A stretch of DNA of 64,000 bases from Eledone cirrhosa (GCA_964016885.1 OZ024741.1:308016001-308080000); one strand, 5' to 3'; shown: positions 1 through 14,269, numbered from the stretch's first letter. The notes: generated by a model from the sequence alone, not told the origin. A program made the numbers and translations.

Positions 1-975
1 AGATGTATTCAACATTTTTTAGATGAATAACACAGGAAAACAGAGTCAAGATAAAACCTAATTAATATACACTTATATTTTACAAATTATTATAATTATT
101 TTTTTAAAATTAGTTAACCTATAATTAATATTCTACTACTAAGAACTACATAATTTTATTTCCCCTTTACAGCTATCTTTTCCTAAAATTTATACCAATA
201 AGTATACATATAAACTATTTTAATTTCCTGTTATGAATCTAAATTCCCTATAATCTATATAAGTTTGTTATTTCTCACTAATACATTTATACCCCCCCCC
301 CCCAAAAAAAAATGTTTTCTTCGTTTTTAACAACATTCTTTAATAACATCTAACTCTTATTTATATCTTTATGAATTAATATCATTTTATCCCTATAAAT
401 ATACCTATCAATTAAATTAATTTAATTTCTTTTTATAGATCTATATTCCTTATGTTTTAAATAGGATTGATATTTTTCACTAACACATTTATAGTAAAGT
501 TTTATTTTCCTTAGATTTTAACATTACCATTATTCTTTAATAACTTCAAATTTTCGTGTACCTTTCACCGGCTTGACCTATTTTCATCCCCAAAGTAATC
601 TTTTCATTCAAAATACTTTTTCCATTCAAAACTGAAGTCTGCATTCCTCTAACCCTAAATTAAATTTCTACTACTACTATTCTATCAACTTGACCACTTA
701 CTACTTTTCTATTGGTCAATTCAAAACCTGTTCCCAAACAGACCTATTATATTAAATCTTTGTTGGTTTTTTTCAATAAACAAATATCATTATTTCCGAA
801 GACAGCATATATATGTTTAGGTATGTATATTCCCTCTGATAGTTTGTAAAACTTTTACATAGATCTATATGATATACATACCAACACACACATATATATC
901 CTAGAAACGATCGTAAAATGATGAATTTTTAAATATAAGGAACTGTTTCTTTGTTTTTATTCATTGTTTTTATTA

Positions 976-1037
<62 letters not shown>

Positions 1038-1299
1038 CCATATGTATATATATCTGTATATATATACATACACACAAATACACACACACACATATATATA
1101 TGGATGGATGTGCGTGTGTTTCTGTGTGCGTGTGTGGGGTAGGGGGTGCACGCACGCGGGTATGCATTTATTTAATGTGGTCGTCGACTTGAACTGAAAA
1201 CCACTTTCTTGTCGCAGTCACCAATTTGTATCAGATATTATTTATTCGGTTATTAATCCTTGCATGACTACTAAGTCAAGACGATTTTGTTTGCTGAGG

Positions 1300-2480
1300 A
1301 GGCATGGAATTTGAACTGATAAACTACAAACAGTTGCTGCGTCCTTGTGTACTCGACTAACATGGATTTTCAGGCTTGTAGTAGACGTGTGATCAAACGT
1401 TCCTGATGGAATTGCATGCTTCTGAAAATCTTATCTTGGAGCCCTAACATGTATTATCTCATAGTTGATAAGACGGGCTTTTGAAAGCGTGGGTCCCCCA
1501 CTGACATTAAGCTGAGATTTCTTTTATAGGATCCTCGCATGGGACCAACAACTCGCATCTTTCTATCATGGTATTTCATCAGTTCGTGGACAAGATTATT
1601 GTTTCAAATTAAAGAAATCTTTCCCCGGTTACTGACCACCATTCACCCCTAATCAAAGTGAGATATTCTCAGCTTGCTGTGATCATGTTCAAAGACTATA
1701 GGTTGATTTTTGTGACATCACAAAATCTCTTTTTTAGGTTTTTATTTGGGGCGTTTACCGAATTCTAGTTCCCCACAGAGTTATAGTTCGGAAGTTTGAA
1801 ATCATTAAGACGGATGCTGTGACCAATTGAGTGCATGAAGTCCCTAATTACAGGAGCTTTGATATTTAGACAGCGTGCCTTTTCTAGTATTCTGTATCGG
1901 GTGTAAAGATCCCAGCTCATGTTCAAAGGATCTGGAGGCGTTATCAGTGTGACGTCTACGTCTAAGACGAGTACACCCATGATGTGATGATACATGCATT
2001 ATAACTACAAAGCTTAATAGAAGTTCTTATCTGAACAATTTGCTTTTTCGTGTACACTAAACGCAATAAAGGGTTTATCAGATTTAATGTTGATCTCAGG
2101 AAGCCATCTCCCGAGACAGAGTCACCAAAATACACAAACGAATTCACATCAAACCTGGTCCCCCGAACAAATATATTTGGTTCCACATACGACTCGTTTA
2201 GAGCAGATGAAAATATCACATTAATTTCTACAAGGTTATTGTAAGTTCAAAAGCGGTATAGGTATTGAAGATGAGATACATTATCTTTTGCATAATTTGT
2301 CTCGAGTGTGCCACAAGATCACGAACAACAGCATACAAGAAGATAGGAACTATTGTTATAAGGGTCTTCTAGTCACTTGAAGGTGATTCAAGTGTTGCAT
2401 GGCAGCGGAAAAAGATTCCTAAATAGCAGTTTCCTAAATGGAGTTTTTCTCCATAAATTATATCACTGATTTAAAATCAA
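1300..2480 (-). mobile_element. Decayed RTE-clade LINE, 3' half of RT/C-terminal region
   Basis: Minus-strand fragments VNSFVYFGDSVSGDG...RTSIKLCSYNACII, GHSIRLNDFKLP, GELEFGKRP..KKRFCD follow RTE/BovB ORF C-terminal motif order; many stops and frameshifts; ends approximate. Confidence 0.75.
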
Positions 2481-2789
2481 TTATCATTTTCTTACAAAAT
2501 AACAATGTGTGAAACGCAGCAAGGCGCGGGTAATTCGGCTAGTATTATATATAAATAAAGTACCAGTAATGCACTGGGTAATTTCTGGCCTTGTGCCTAA
2601 AGTAGAGACAATTATATATAAATATAGTAAAATAAAAAATATATATTTATTTATACATAGTATATATTTAACGATTCTATTCATATATTATTTACAATTT
2701 GAGAGTAGGCAGGTCTCTCTGGAATAGGGTGGGGGCGCTGAGAGTATTACATGGCCATGAGGGGGGGGGGGGTAGTTTGAGAACCTCTG

Positions 2790-3100
2790 TTGTAAAGGAA
2801 CCATAGATATGTTTGATGCCGGGCAACTACAAGAGAAGGAATACCCCTTTATAATGTATTTGTCGACATAATAAAAGCTTTCGATATGGTGATACACTGT
2901 GCAGAATCCTGGATAAATTAGGATGCCCACCAAAGTTTGTCAGTATATTTGTCTAACTTCACATTAGTATGAAGGACTTCTTCAACTTTATGTATATCCA
3001 ATCTGAACCTATCTCTGTGGATAATGGGGGCAAAAATGGACGACATACTCGCATCAAGCTTTTTATACGTCGTAACTCTAATTGACCATACATTTTCAGC
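2790..3100 (+). mobile_element. Decayed RTE RT fragment (domains 2-4), inverted relative to 1300-2480
   Basis: Reads GTIDMF..QLQEK..LYNVFVDIIKAFD..ILDKLGCPPKFVSI across frameshifts, typical RTE RT motifs. Confidence 0.75.
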
Positions 3101-3432
3101 GGGGGTTTGTGCCTCCGAGGAACCCTAATAGGGAGTTTAACCCCTATTAGGGTGTCTTAATATTATTGAAATTTGCTGAAATTTTGTGAATAGGCATCAT
3201 ATCTTGTCATTTACCTATGGTTTAAATTTCATATGAATCGAAAGGAAAACATTTTCAGCGGGAGTTTTGTGCCCCTGGGGAACCCTTTGATTAAAATGAA
3301 ATATACTTATCCAAGTACCCTGGGCAATGTAGTTTCAGAATATATATGGTTATGGGGGTCTATCTCCCAAACCATAGGAGTTCGTGAACAAACAAACAAA
3401 CAGACAGGAATACAACTTTTTATATATAGATA
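3098..3432 (+). mobile_element. Possible Helentron/DINE-like non-autonomous element
   Basis: Internal repeat cattttcagcgg..tttgtgcc..ggaaccct (~3092, ~3250) and a 3' end caaacaaacaaacagacag...tttatatatagat. Confidence 0.35.
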
Positions 3433-4159
3433 TACCATTTGATATTTGATATATTATTATATCATCTCTACCACACCCCCACCGTCCCCTGGACCTTCAC
3501 AACGACCCGGGATGGGGGGGGGGCACGGTGGTGCCAACCTTGAGAACCTCTGCTATACAAGATCTACACTAACAATGCGAAAATAACGTTTCTGCAATTA
3601 TTTTAAGAGTTTACTGAATATCTTCCAACTATTACGAGAAAGAAAATAGTCCAAACGTTACCTCAACATGACCTTGAAAAGCGTCATAAATATTGCGTCT
3701 TTCTAATATTGTGGAACCGTCGAAGCATTCCACACACTGACGATCAGTTAGGTCACAAGATCACCACATATACCCACGATGCTTAATACCCTTAGCAGAT
3801 ATATTATCAACTCCTGGTCTTTTATCTTGAATTGGTCAGTACAATCGCAGTTTTTACTTTTAAATTTAGAGCTATTCTTCATTTCTTTCATATCAAGCAA
3901 GTTCTTCTAATACCTCATGATATTTTGCGGATGGGAAGTCCGTGAAATATTCAGGCCATCGTTTTAGAGTATCTACAGTACCACTGATGACTATCTTTGG
4001 AGCAGAAAGGATCAATAGGTGATTGGTAAGGATATCTGTTTTAAAAAGCTATGCATTGTTTTGGAGACCTTTTCGTCCAGGGCTTGTTGAGTGTATATCA
4101 GTGGATATGTAGATAACTATGGTCATTTCTCCCCCTCGTGTTTTTTTGTATATATAGGA

Positions 4160-4220
<61 letters not shown>

Positions 4221-4222
<2 letters not shown>

Positions 4223-4572
4223 AAGTGAAGAATAACATGGTCAACATTATAAACAAGGAGATTTATTTACAGTCTGACAAGTGTTTCTATGATAGAGTAG
4301 TCTAAAAATTGCTAAACACTGAAGATAGTGAGACTTAATTTAAAATATATTGATCCTCCATCATTAAATCTCCTTGTTTATAATGTTGACCATGTTATTT
4401 TTAACCTTTTTATTACTCCAAGATATACTTACTTAGGAAAACAAGTGAAGTCATTTACTCGTCACCCACGTAAACCTCTTATTGAGACACACAGCACCGT
4501 ACGCTTAAACTATCCATCATAAGTAGTTTTCACAAACTCTTTATCGGATTACCTTTAACAATATATTGTTAC
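4221..4572. mobile_element. Penelope-like inverted pLTR fragment in (TA)n
   Basis: Inverted repeat 4221-4265 / 4365-4410; minus-strand hammerhead 3' half GAAAC-ACTT-GTC at ~4275-4287; right arm has an extra tail. Confidence 0.5.
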
Positions 4573-4595
4573 CCCCTCTCTCTCTCTCTCTCTCT

Positions 4596-4642
<47 letters not shown>

Positions 4643-4831
4643 ATTTCTCTCCCTCGTGTTTTTTTGTATATATTTGAGTATATATATATATATGTATACA
4701 TGTCATTTCTTTACTTCATGTATTTTTTTTTTTTGTATATCAAGCGTTAACCTAATATATACCTTCCATATACTGTACCGATTGTGTTGTTATTTCTGTT
4801 TACCTTTTACATATATATGTGTATATATGTG

Positions 4832-4888
<57 letters not shown>

Positions 4889-4998
4889 ATGGGTGTGGGT
4901 GTATATATATATATATATATACACCTCTCGCACGCAATTTTGTATTGCATGCGCGTTTATACAGTTGTCCTTCCTATTCCGTATAACCATGTCCATTA

Positions 4999-5036
4999 CG
5001 AGCTGAGGATCCGCTAAGGTGAAACAATTGTTCTCG
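4999..5036 (+). ncRNA. Minimal type I hammerhead ribozyme
   Basis: cgag-CTGAGGA-t cc gctaa gg t-GAAAC aatt GTT-ctcg: perfect stem I, palindromic short stem III, U.U at the base of stem II; predicted cut after 5032. Confidence 0.8.
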
Positions 5037-5065
5037 GTATGGTGAACTAATTGTTGTGTAACCAC

Positions 5066-5124
<59 letters not shown>

Positions 5125-5480
5125 TCACACACACATATATATATGTGTGTGTGTGGTTGTTTGTGTATGTTGTGTATGTGTATTTCAATCTACCTCATAT
5201 GTGTCTTTCTGCATTTTTTTTCCCTCACACCCCTCACTATTTCTCTATAGCTCTCTGAATATAAACATACACATGTTTCTCTAGACAAGCACCTACATCT
5301 ATAGCCACACGTGTACACACATACACTTGCATATACATATACATATGTATGTCATCTTTTCAGACACCCGACAGTGCTATGCATTCAAAACCATACATAC
5401 ACATACAGCTATATGTGCACACGCGCGCACACAACCACACACACACAAGCACCTACGCACACACACACAAATACCTACGA

Positions 5481-5572
<92 letters not shown>

Positions 5573-5843
5573 ATTCATATATGCACATATATGTACGCAT
5601 ATACACACATACACAAAACTCAGTACACATGTAAGTATGAATATATTTGCATATATGCATAATAAATAGCAGACGTGTTCGGAGAAATAATTTCTCTCAT
5701 GGATCGTGTGATATGGACGACAATATCTCGAGAGCTGTCGTACATGCTGACTGTATATGTCTTGTATACATTACATTATTAATCTGAATGCATGTAGATA
5801 CGGGTTCGTAAGTGTGTGACAAAATATATGCATATATGCGCTC

Positions 5844-5880
<37 letters not shown>

Positions 5881-5905
5881 TAAGTGTGTATGTATTTATT
5901 CATGC

Positions 5906-6033
<128 letters not shown>

Positions 6034-6138
6034 CATCGTTTAACATTCAGTTTTCCGATATATACAAATCATTAAATATATGTATATAAATGTTTATGAG
6101 TAGGTATGCAATTGTGAGAAGATATGTTGTATATTATA

Positions 6139-6212
<74 letters not shown>

Positions 6213-6361
6213 TATGTATATACATATATATATGTGAGTGTGTGTATATATATATATGTGTGTGTGTGTGTGCTTGAGTATTTATTCATATGTGCGCGTA
6301 AGCATATATGCCTATCGAAATACATAAATATCGTCATAGACATATGCACGCAAGTGCGCGC

Positions 6362-6429
<68 letters not shown>

Positions 6430-6740
6430 GCAGATTTACATTACATATACAGACATATGGTCATATATGACACATCGATTTTGAAAGACTTAAATCTCCC
6501 ATCTTAAAAGTCGACTTGTCTACTTGGGTGTGTGTATATATGTAAATACGTTATGTATATATATATATGTGTGTATATATATATACATGTATATATATAT
6601 ATATAGAGAGAGAGAGAGTGGGGAGAGCAAGAGAGAGGGAGACAGAGATAGAGAGAGATAGAGATAGAGATAGATAGATAGATAGATAGAGAGAGAGGGG
6701 TGGGGGGGGGGGGGAGAAAGAAGAAGTGAGATAGAGATAG

Positions 6741-6771
<31 letters not shown>

Positions 6772-6837
6772 GATAGAGAGAGAGAATGAGAGAGAGAGAG
6801 TGGGAGAGAGATAGAGAAAGATATATATGTATATTAT

Positions 6838-6919
<82 letters not shown>

Positions 6920-7455
6920 AGAGAGAGGGGGGAAAGAGAGAGAGAGTAAGAGGCGTGCATGTATTTGTGTATGTTTAAACAGCTAACCGCAATTGATGAA
7001 GATATAAAACCACTAGATATTAATGTAAAACAAAAGGCTAAGAGAAGAAATGGAAGCATATCTGAAGCATATCTAAGTGACATCTTTGTATAAGATGTTC
7101 CAACAACGCCATGTTCAACAAGAAAAAAGACAAATCATTGCAGTAAATACATAAACAAATAAACAAACATACAAATACATAAATAAATAAGTAAATAAAT
7201 AACTAAATATAAACAAAATCTTTTTCCAATGACAGAATGGAGCTGAGCCGAAGTGAACCCAGGGTCGGCCATTCCAGAAAATTTTCCCAGCCTGCTTAAT
7301 CCCAGCCAATTTATATGTACGTCAAGAAGGATTAGTCTGTCTTTGATTAGCACCGCAGTCAAAACCATTCTTGTGAGCAGCAACACTGAGAATGCCTGCA
7401 ACTATCGTCTTCTTTCTTCCATTTTCCACTGTACTTCTTTTTCTTCGAATCTATG

Positions 7456-7613
<158 letters not shown>

Positions 7614-7637
7614 CACACACATAGATAGATAGATAAA

Positions 7638-7712
<75 letters not shown>

Positions 7713-7757
7713 CACACACATAGATAGATAGATAGATGATATATATATATATATATC

Positions 7758-7792
<35 letters not shown>

Positions 7793-8845
7793 AATACTTC
7801 TATAATTCTATCTATATTTCTATCTATAATTTCTAGTATAACTAAGTCAGCCATTTTCTTTTTGTTTTTGATCCCGTTTCTTGCATTTATTTCGTAATTT
7901 TTCAGTTTTGATTTCATTTGCATTTCTTTTTCTTTCTTTTTTTTTTTTAATTTATTTATATATTTTCGTTCGTTCATTTCTTTCTTTTCGTGGTTCTTTC
8001 TTACTTCATTTCAGATTTATTTTGTTTACTTTCTCTTTCTTTTTCTATGTACTCTCTCTCGGTCACATTTTCTTCATGTCTTCCTACTTTTCTCTCTTTC
8101 CCCTCATTCATTCTTCCATTCTTTCCCTCTTTCCTTTGTTAGCTCTATTACTCTTATTATCTATCAATCTTACTAATTTCTACCGTTTCTTCTTCGTTTA
8201 TTTTCTTTTTCATTTTCTTTTATTTTATACTGTTTCTTTCATTTCATTTCATTCTGGGCTGTTACATCCTTTTCTCAGCTATTTTCTTTCCTCTCTCTTT
8301 TCGTTTTCATTCTTCGTGTTTGGGTTCGTTCATACTTCAAATTATTATTCACTTTGTCGTTTGCGTTTTCCTCTCTTCCTACTTTCTTCTTTCTCTCTAT
8401 CCTTCTTTCGTTCCTCCTCCCCCATTTCCCACCTTCGTTTTGTTGTCCATTTGCTGTTGTTATCGTTGCTTTATTTTTGTGGTTTGATTTTTGTTGTTTT
8501 TATTCATGTGATATTCCAGATAATTTACAGATTGCTAACAAGGGTCAAGTGACGAAGCTAATGCTTCAGTAAAGATTAGTGTGTAATGGCGTCCGTAGTG
8601 AAAAAAAAAGTCAAGGAAAAGAGAAAGAAGAATGGGCGAGGACTGAAAGTAGTCGGACGGAAGGAAATTTATAATGTGAAAAAAGAGGTTAAACAATTCG
8701 AAAGCAAGAAAGAGGAAGCGAAAGGAAAGAGATTAAGACAGAAAGAAACGGATTCTATGATTGAGTGAGAGAAAGAGAGAGATTGGTGAGGGGACAGAGC
8801 GAGAAGGAGAAAACGAGGAAAAATAAAAGAAATGTGTATATTGGA

Positions 8846-9075
8846 CCTCCGTCGGTTCAGACGTCGAGTGTTTTAGTTGTTCGAATAATGGAACATCTTC
8901 ATCGTGAAAATAACATGCAAGTGCCTGAGCATTCGACAGCCACATGTAATCTTAATGTATGTCTTAAGAAGAGTCAGCATGACACAGTATGTGACAAGAC
9001 TCGCCTTAGTAATACAGGCGCCTCTCCTTTTTGCAAGCTGAGTGGATTGGAGAAATGTGAAATCGAATGAGCGGG
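8846..9075. mobile_element. SINE fragment (same family as 36691-36870)
   Basis: Shares ctccgtcggtt..cgtgaaa.taacatgcaagtg.ctgagcattc..cagcatgacacag..tgtgaca with 36691-36870. Confidence 0.7.
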
Positions 9076-9115
9076 GATTGATTGGATTCTACCGACTTAC
9101 CTCTCTATTTCCCTA

Positions 9116-9159
<44 letters not shown>

Positions 9160-10339
9160 TCTACCTCACTATCTGCCTGTCTCATTCTCCATAGACTCTA
9201 TCTCCGACGAACGGAGGACGGTAGAGGGCTAATCCAGCATGAAACGTCATATAAAGCGACTTCGTCGACATCCAGAGCCTCTCCAAGAGCTTCGTCGCAC
9301 TTGTTCATCACTAAACCTCTATAGAACTCTACAGTTGAATTTCTACTGACTGCATTGCCCGCCTGGTAGAGGGCAGTCAGCGCCGGGAACATTCCAGATT
9401 TGTCTTTATTATTACTGTATGTGCCAAAAAGTAGAGACAATTATTACTGTATATATATATAAAACGCTCTTCCCTCTCTCTATAATAGATTATTCCTTCT
9501 CTCTATAATTTAACTGCTTTACTCATAATGTCGCTCTTCACTCTCTATATGAAAACACTGTTTTACACACCTCCCTATAGTTTCTTAGCTTTACTCTCTC
9601 CATCGCTCTTCCCTCTCTCCATAATAGATTATACCCCCTCTCTATAATTTAACTGCTGGAGGAGTCATTGGAGTTCCGTATTGACATACGACTTTTCTGG
9701 GGTATTTTAAATCGGCTTATTGCAAATAACAACCCGCAAAATAACACTTCATATAACAGATTAATGCTATAGACAGATGAATCGGAATTTTTAAATTATT
9801 TATCTTTTACGACTTTCATTGGTTAAATATTAATATGACAACACCCATAGTGTGGTACTTCTGACAATTTTGCCGAATACACTGCCAAGGATGAACCTTT
9901 TCCCCTCGGCGTCAGATATCCCATTAGATTTCCGGCGATCCCAATTCCCGGTGAGACCATGTTTTGCCATGCCATTAAAAAGTCACAAGGGCAAACATTG
10001 TCGGTGGCGGGCATCCATTTGGGGGAGCCATGTTTCTCCCATGGCCAACTTTATGTTGCCTGTTCCCGCGTAGGGAGCAGGAATGAACTTTTTGCTTAAC
10101 TCCTCAAGGTATGACACGCAATATCGTCTACAAATGGTAGGGTCACCCATGGCGGACAGATCTGACACCCAGCGGCATCAGGGCCAACATCTTGCAACTT
10201 TGGTCTGCTAAATTCGCTATTTGAAGATTATTAACCCATCATTGATTGTCCAAAATGCTAATTGGTTTGTAACTTTTAATAACCGGTTCAACTGCTTTAT
10301 GCACTTAATTGATAAGCTTATTCGCTTTCAAGTCACGTT

Positions 10340-10403
10340 TACCTGTATGTAACTTTTCATAGCAAATGAACAAACCCGAGCAACGCCGGGCTAAACTGCT
10401 AGT
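10340..10403 (+). mobile_element. Helitron 3' terminus
   Basis: Hairpin cccg-agcaacgc-cggg (10375-10390) followed by CTAG|T at 10399-10403; 5' end not located. Confidence 0.7.
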
Positions 10404-10704
10404 ATATATATATAAATATATAATATGTAGAAAGGATAACACACTAGAGAGAGAGAGAGTGTGTGTGCGATCAAAAAACAGGGAAACCACCAGTGTATGG
10501 AATCTATAAACTACGGAAGATAAGGTAGACACATAATAATTAAAAATATATATCAAAACGTGTATACGCACCTCTATAACTATATATCACACACGTACAA
10601 ATTCAAAAGGATTCGTTTCGCCACTATATTAGTGACTGAAATGTAAATACTAATGGGTCATCAGCGTGTGCTTAGCAGATACATTCTATATATATATATA
10701 CAGA

Positions 10705-10895
10705 AATAATTGTTTCTACTTTTGGCACAAGGCCAGCAATCATCCCAGTGTATTACTGGTACTTTATTTTATCGACCCCGTAAGGATGAAAGGCAAAGTT
10801 AACCTCGGCGGGATTTGAACTCAGTCCGTAAAGGGACGTAACTGTGCTGCAAACCATGGCGTCCGACCCTCTGCCGATACTGCCAATCCATCGCC
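10705..10895 (-). mobile_element. tRNA-derived SINE (family A, ~190 bp), full length
   Basis: A/B-box-like head (tggcagtatcgg; gagttcaaatcc), core gcctttcatccttacggggtcgataaa, tail gtgccaaaagtagaaacaattatt; TSD atacagaaataat. Confidence 0.9.
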
Positions 10896-10909
10896 ATTAT
10901 ATATACAGA

Positions 10910-11014
10910 AATAATTGTTTCTACTTTTGGCACAAGGCCAGCAATTATCCAGTACATTACTGGTACTTTATTTTATCGACCCCATAAGGATGAAAGGCAA
11001 AGTTAACCTCGACG
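10910..11014 (-). mobile_element. SINE family A, 5'-truncated
   Basis: Same core and tail as 10705-10895; flanked by the same 13-bp repeat. Confidence 0.85.
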
Positions 11015-11119
11015 ATATACAGAAATAATAAAGACAAATCTGGAATGTTCCCGGCACTGACTGTTCTCTACCAGGCGGGCAATGCAGTCAGTAGAAATTC
11101 AACTGTAGAGTTCTATACA

Positions 11120-11159
<40 letters not shown>

Positions 11160-11563
11160 CTCTAGTGTGATATCCTTTCTACATAGTGTATTTTGAAGAG
11201 CTCGGGATTCCTTTTCCTTTGAGCACATAATTTACAGGGAATAACGCAAGTCTATGACTCTGTTTATATCTGGATATAAATATATATACATATTTATGTG
11301 TGTGTATGTGGGGGGGGGGGTATGTGTGTGTGTGTGCGTGTGTATTTATTATTAGTACATTTTGCCTAAAAATAGTTCCAAACGTTTTGCACCATCTTTT
11401 GCTATAGTCGTTCTCTCCCTTGTTTTCTTCTGATTAACTGACCACACTAAAAGTGGATGTCGGCCATTAAATTGCGCCTATAATATCACTTCATTAACTT
11501 TTTTCCAGACGCTATATACAGACTTTGAATATCTATTTCTACACATATATACACACACGCACA

Positions 11564-11614
<51 letters not shown>

Positions 11615-12367
11615 TTATATTAGTGGAGAAGGTTGAAAATATTGGTTGCCAGGAAAAGTCAAAGAGGCACACACAACTACAATATTATCATTTAATTTTT
11701 ATATCAAATAAATAATTTTTTTCTTTTTAAATCCTATTTCTGTGTTTGCAATTGGCTGTAAGATTGTAAAGTTAAAATATGGATTAACGAATATATTTAA
11801 AAATTTCTTACCTTCTCCAATAAAAAAGATCAACAAGACATCAACAAAATAGAATAAGCTTCGGTTTTCCCACTCTCTCTCTATATATATAAACGTGCGC
11901 GTGTATCAGCGCAGCCGAAGGAACCTATAGCCACGGACCCACAGATAGAGCTTCCAAAACGAGCGGGGCTTTATGCCCAGCGAAGTCGAGGAAAGATACA
12001 ATCAACTTTCTTTTAGTTGGCAAAACTAGAAATAAGATAAAACAAACTTCTTTTTTGGGGCGTGAGAAGATTGAACTCTGGACAGTCTTTGATCAGAGTT
12101 ACACAATTATATAACCAGCAGTTGTACCACTTAACCGCTGAGACTGTTCGAAGTCACAGACATTTTAAAAAGTTATATTGCAAATATTAACCTTTGGATT
12201 ATTTATGGTCTTATCTACTTTACACTTATGTATTTATTTGTTGAAATATTTTACATTGTTAGATAACGGGTTCGGTTATTCTATCAATTATTAAAGACTA
12301 GAATTTACTTTTATTTATTTAATTATTATCATTCTTATCTGTACAAGTAACTAATTCTCTCTCTCAT

Positions 12368-12507
<140 letters not shown>

Positions 12508-12533
12508 CATACATACATATATATATATATTAC

Positions 12534-12627
<94 letters not shown>

Positions 12628-12631
<4 letters not shown>

Positions 12632-13252
12632 GATACTGGCATTTAATGTCCGTTAAAGGTTCTTGGCACTACCATTGTTACTATCGCTTTCCTCTAGCCA
12701 TGGGACTTGGAGACATGAGCCGAATGCTATCATTCTATTATACATCGACTGCAGTGGGACTGCTCTTTCTAATAACCATCTTTTCATTTCTTATAATTTT
12801 AAGTGTGAGACACTTTGGCTGAGGGGTTTTGACGGGAACGAAAGGATTGTTTTCTATATCCCCGCCACCACGTAAAGTTTGTAATTCGGTGGCTGGTCGG
12901 TGGACATAATTGTATCGGATTCCAGTTGCTAATCACTTTACTGGGTTGGTCGTCACAAACAATCATAGGTGGCAGGGGCTGGGGTTTGGATTCTGTCGAT
13001 CGATTGGTTATTGATTAGGCGATACCTGCTGATGAAGCCACATACGCCGAAGATGCATTGCTGCTTAATATATGCAGACAGAGGGTGCAGTGCAACCTAC
13101 TGCTGCATTAAGTGTGGCCGAAACTCGAATCCGGGAACTATTATAAGCACCCGTTTTACGTGTGTTATATTGAAGCGAATAACTATGTGTATACTCTGGG
13201 AATCTATCCTACATTACCTATTGAGTACGCTGAGATACAACCGGTCCTGGCA
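12628..13252 (+). mobile_element. (TA)n-flanked non-coding unit carrying a hammerhead (Penelope pLTR/retrozyme-like)
   Basis: Bounded by TA tracts; contains the hammerhead at 13023-13135 and a subterminal tattgagtac motif also seen (reverse strand) at ~13325 and ~50382. Confidence 0.55.
13023..13135 (+). ncRNA. Type I hammerhead ribozyme with long stem II insert (slightly degenerate)
   Basis: cctg-CTGATGA(13029)-a gccacat...gtgtggc c-GAAAC tcga ATC-cggg; stem III one change from palindrome actcgagt. Confidence 0.7.
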
Positions 13253-13423
13253 TATGTATATATATATGTATATATATAACAAAGGAATTGTGGTAAGGAA
13301 CCAAATGGACCATAACGTACCAGAGTACTCAATACTTAGGGTAGTAGAATGGGAAATAGGAAAAAGTTTGACCCCGACGGCTATTTCTGGACTAAAAAAT
13401 ATATGTATATATATGTATATATA

Positions 13424-13480
<57 letters not shown>

Positions 13481-14269
13481 ATAATAATAAATTTGAAGAC
13501 TAAAATCCAAAGAGAGCTCGATCAGGATACATATATATCAAATATATAAGAACCGAAGAGCAAATATTTATTAAAATAAAATATATATATATATATTTAT
13601 ATATATATATATATTTATATGTACATGTATATGTATATGTACATGTATATGTATATAAAGTTTTGCTCTGGTCTCCCTATCACCTTTCCGGGGTTGACAA
13701 AATAAACTACCAGTTATTTTAAACTCATATTCTAAACATTCATCTCTGAAACCTTTATCTTCTTTCCTGCTTTATGAATTTCATTAAATATCTATATAAT
13801 ATTCTTCTATACAGGCTTCGTTTATTCTATCATTTGTCAGACACTACTTTTAATATTATTTATTTTCATACATTTCCCCGGAAACAATTAATGATTACTG
13901 CTAAAATTCACAACCGGCGCGGCTGAGAACGGAAACCTGTTGAAAAAGTGAATCCTCTGTTCGATCTTCCAAAACCAATAACTTGCATGCTCCGCAAGTG
14001 GATTTTGTTGATTTCGGATTTACAGAACCTAGCGGAGATATTGCATAATATCGACGCGATGGCCCAGGTCTGTCATATTTTCCTGAGTCAGTTTACTCGT
14101 TGCTTTGGCCCCTGCGGGTGGCTTACTGGTCGCTATCTTCAATTTGCAAAGCTGTCTAAACGTAATATTATTACTCTAAGGTAAAATACCTTATTGAGTG
14201 CTTAGCTGCACATTCCGATTGCATTCGTTAGCTTAGCTGGAGCCAGAGCTTCGATTATGCTGAACTTCC

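Larger units (their letters stand above)
9320..11117. mobile_element. Non-autonomous DNA transposon-like element with ~100-bp TIRs
   Basis: 9320-9420 (tatagaactctacagttgaatttc...) is the near-perfect reverse complement of 11017-11117. Confidence 0.75.

Noticed and set aside
170-555. ~205-bp diverged AT-rich tandem duplication
   Set aside because: Real but heavily decayed; no functional signal visible
3980-4020. CTGATGA...GAAA hammerhead-like core
   Set aside because: Stems I-III do not pair
9199-9253. CCGACGA...GAAACGTC as a functional hammerhead
   Set aside because: Core U mutated and stems mismatched; counted only as a possible decayed relic
12058-12146. tRNA gene on the minus strand
   Set aside because: A/B-box-like motifs only; no convincing cloverleaf, at best a decayed SINE head
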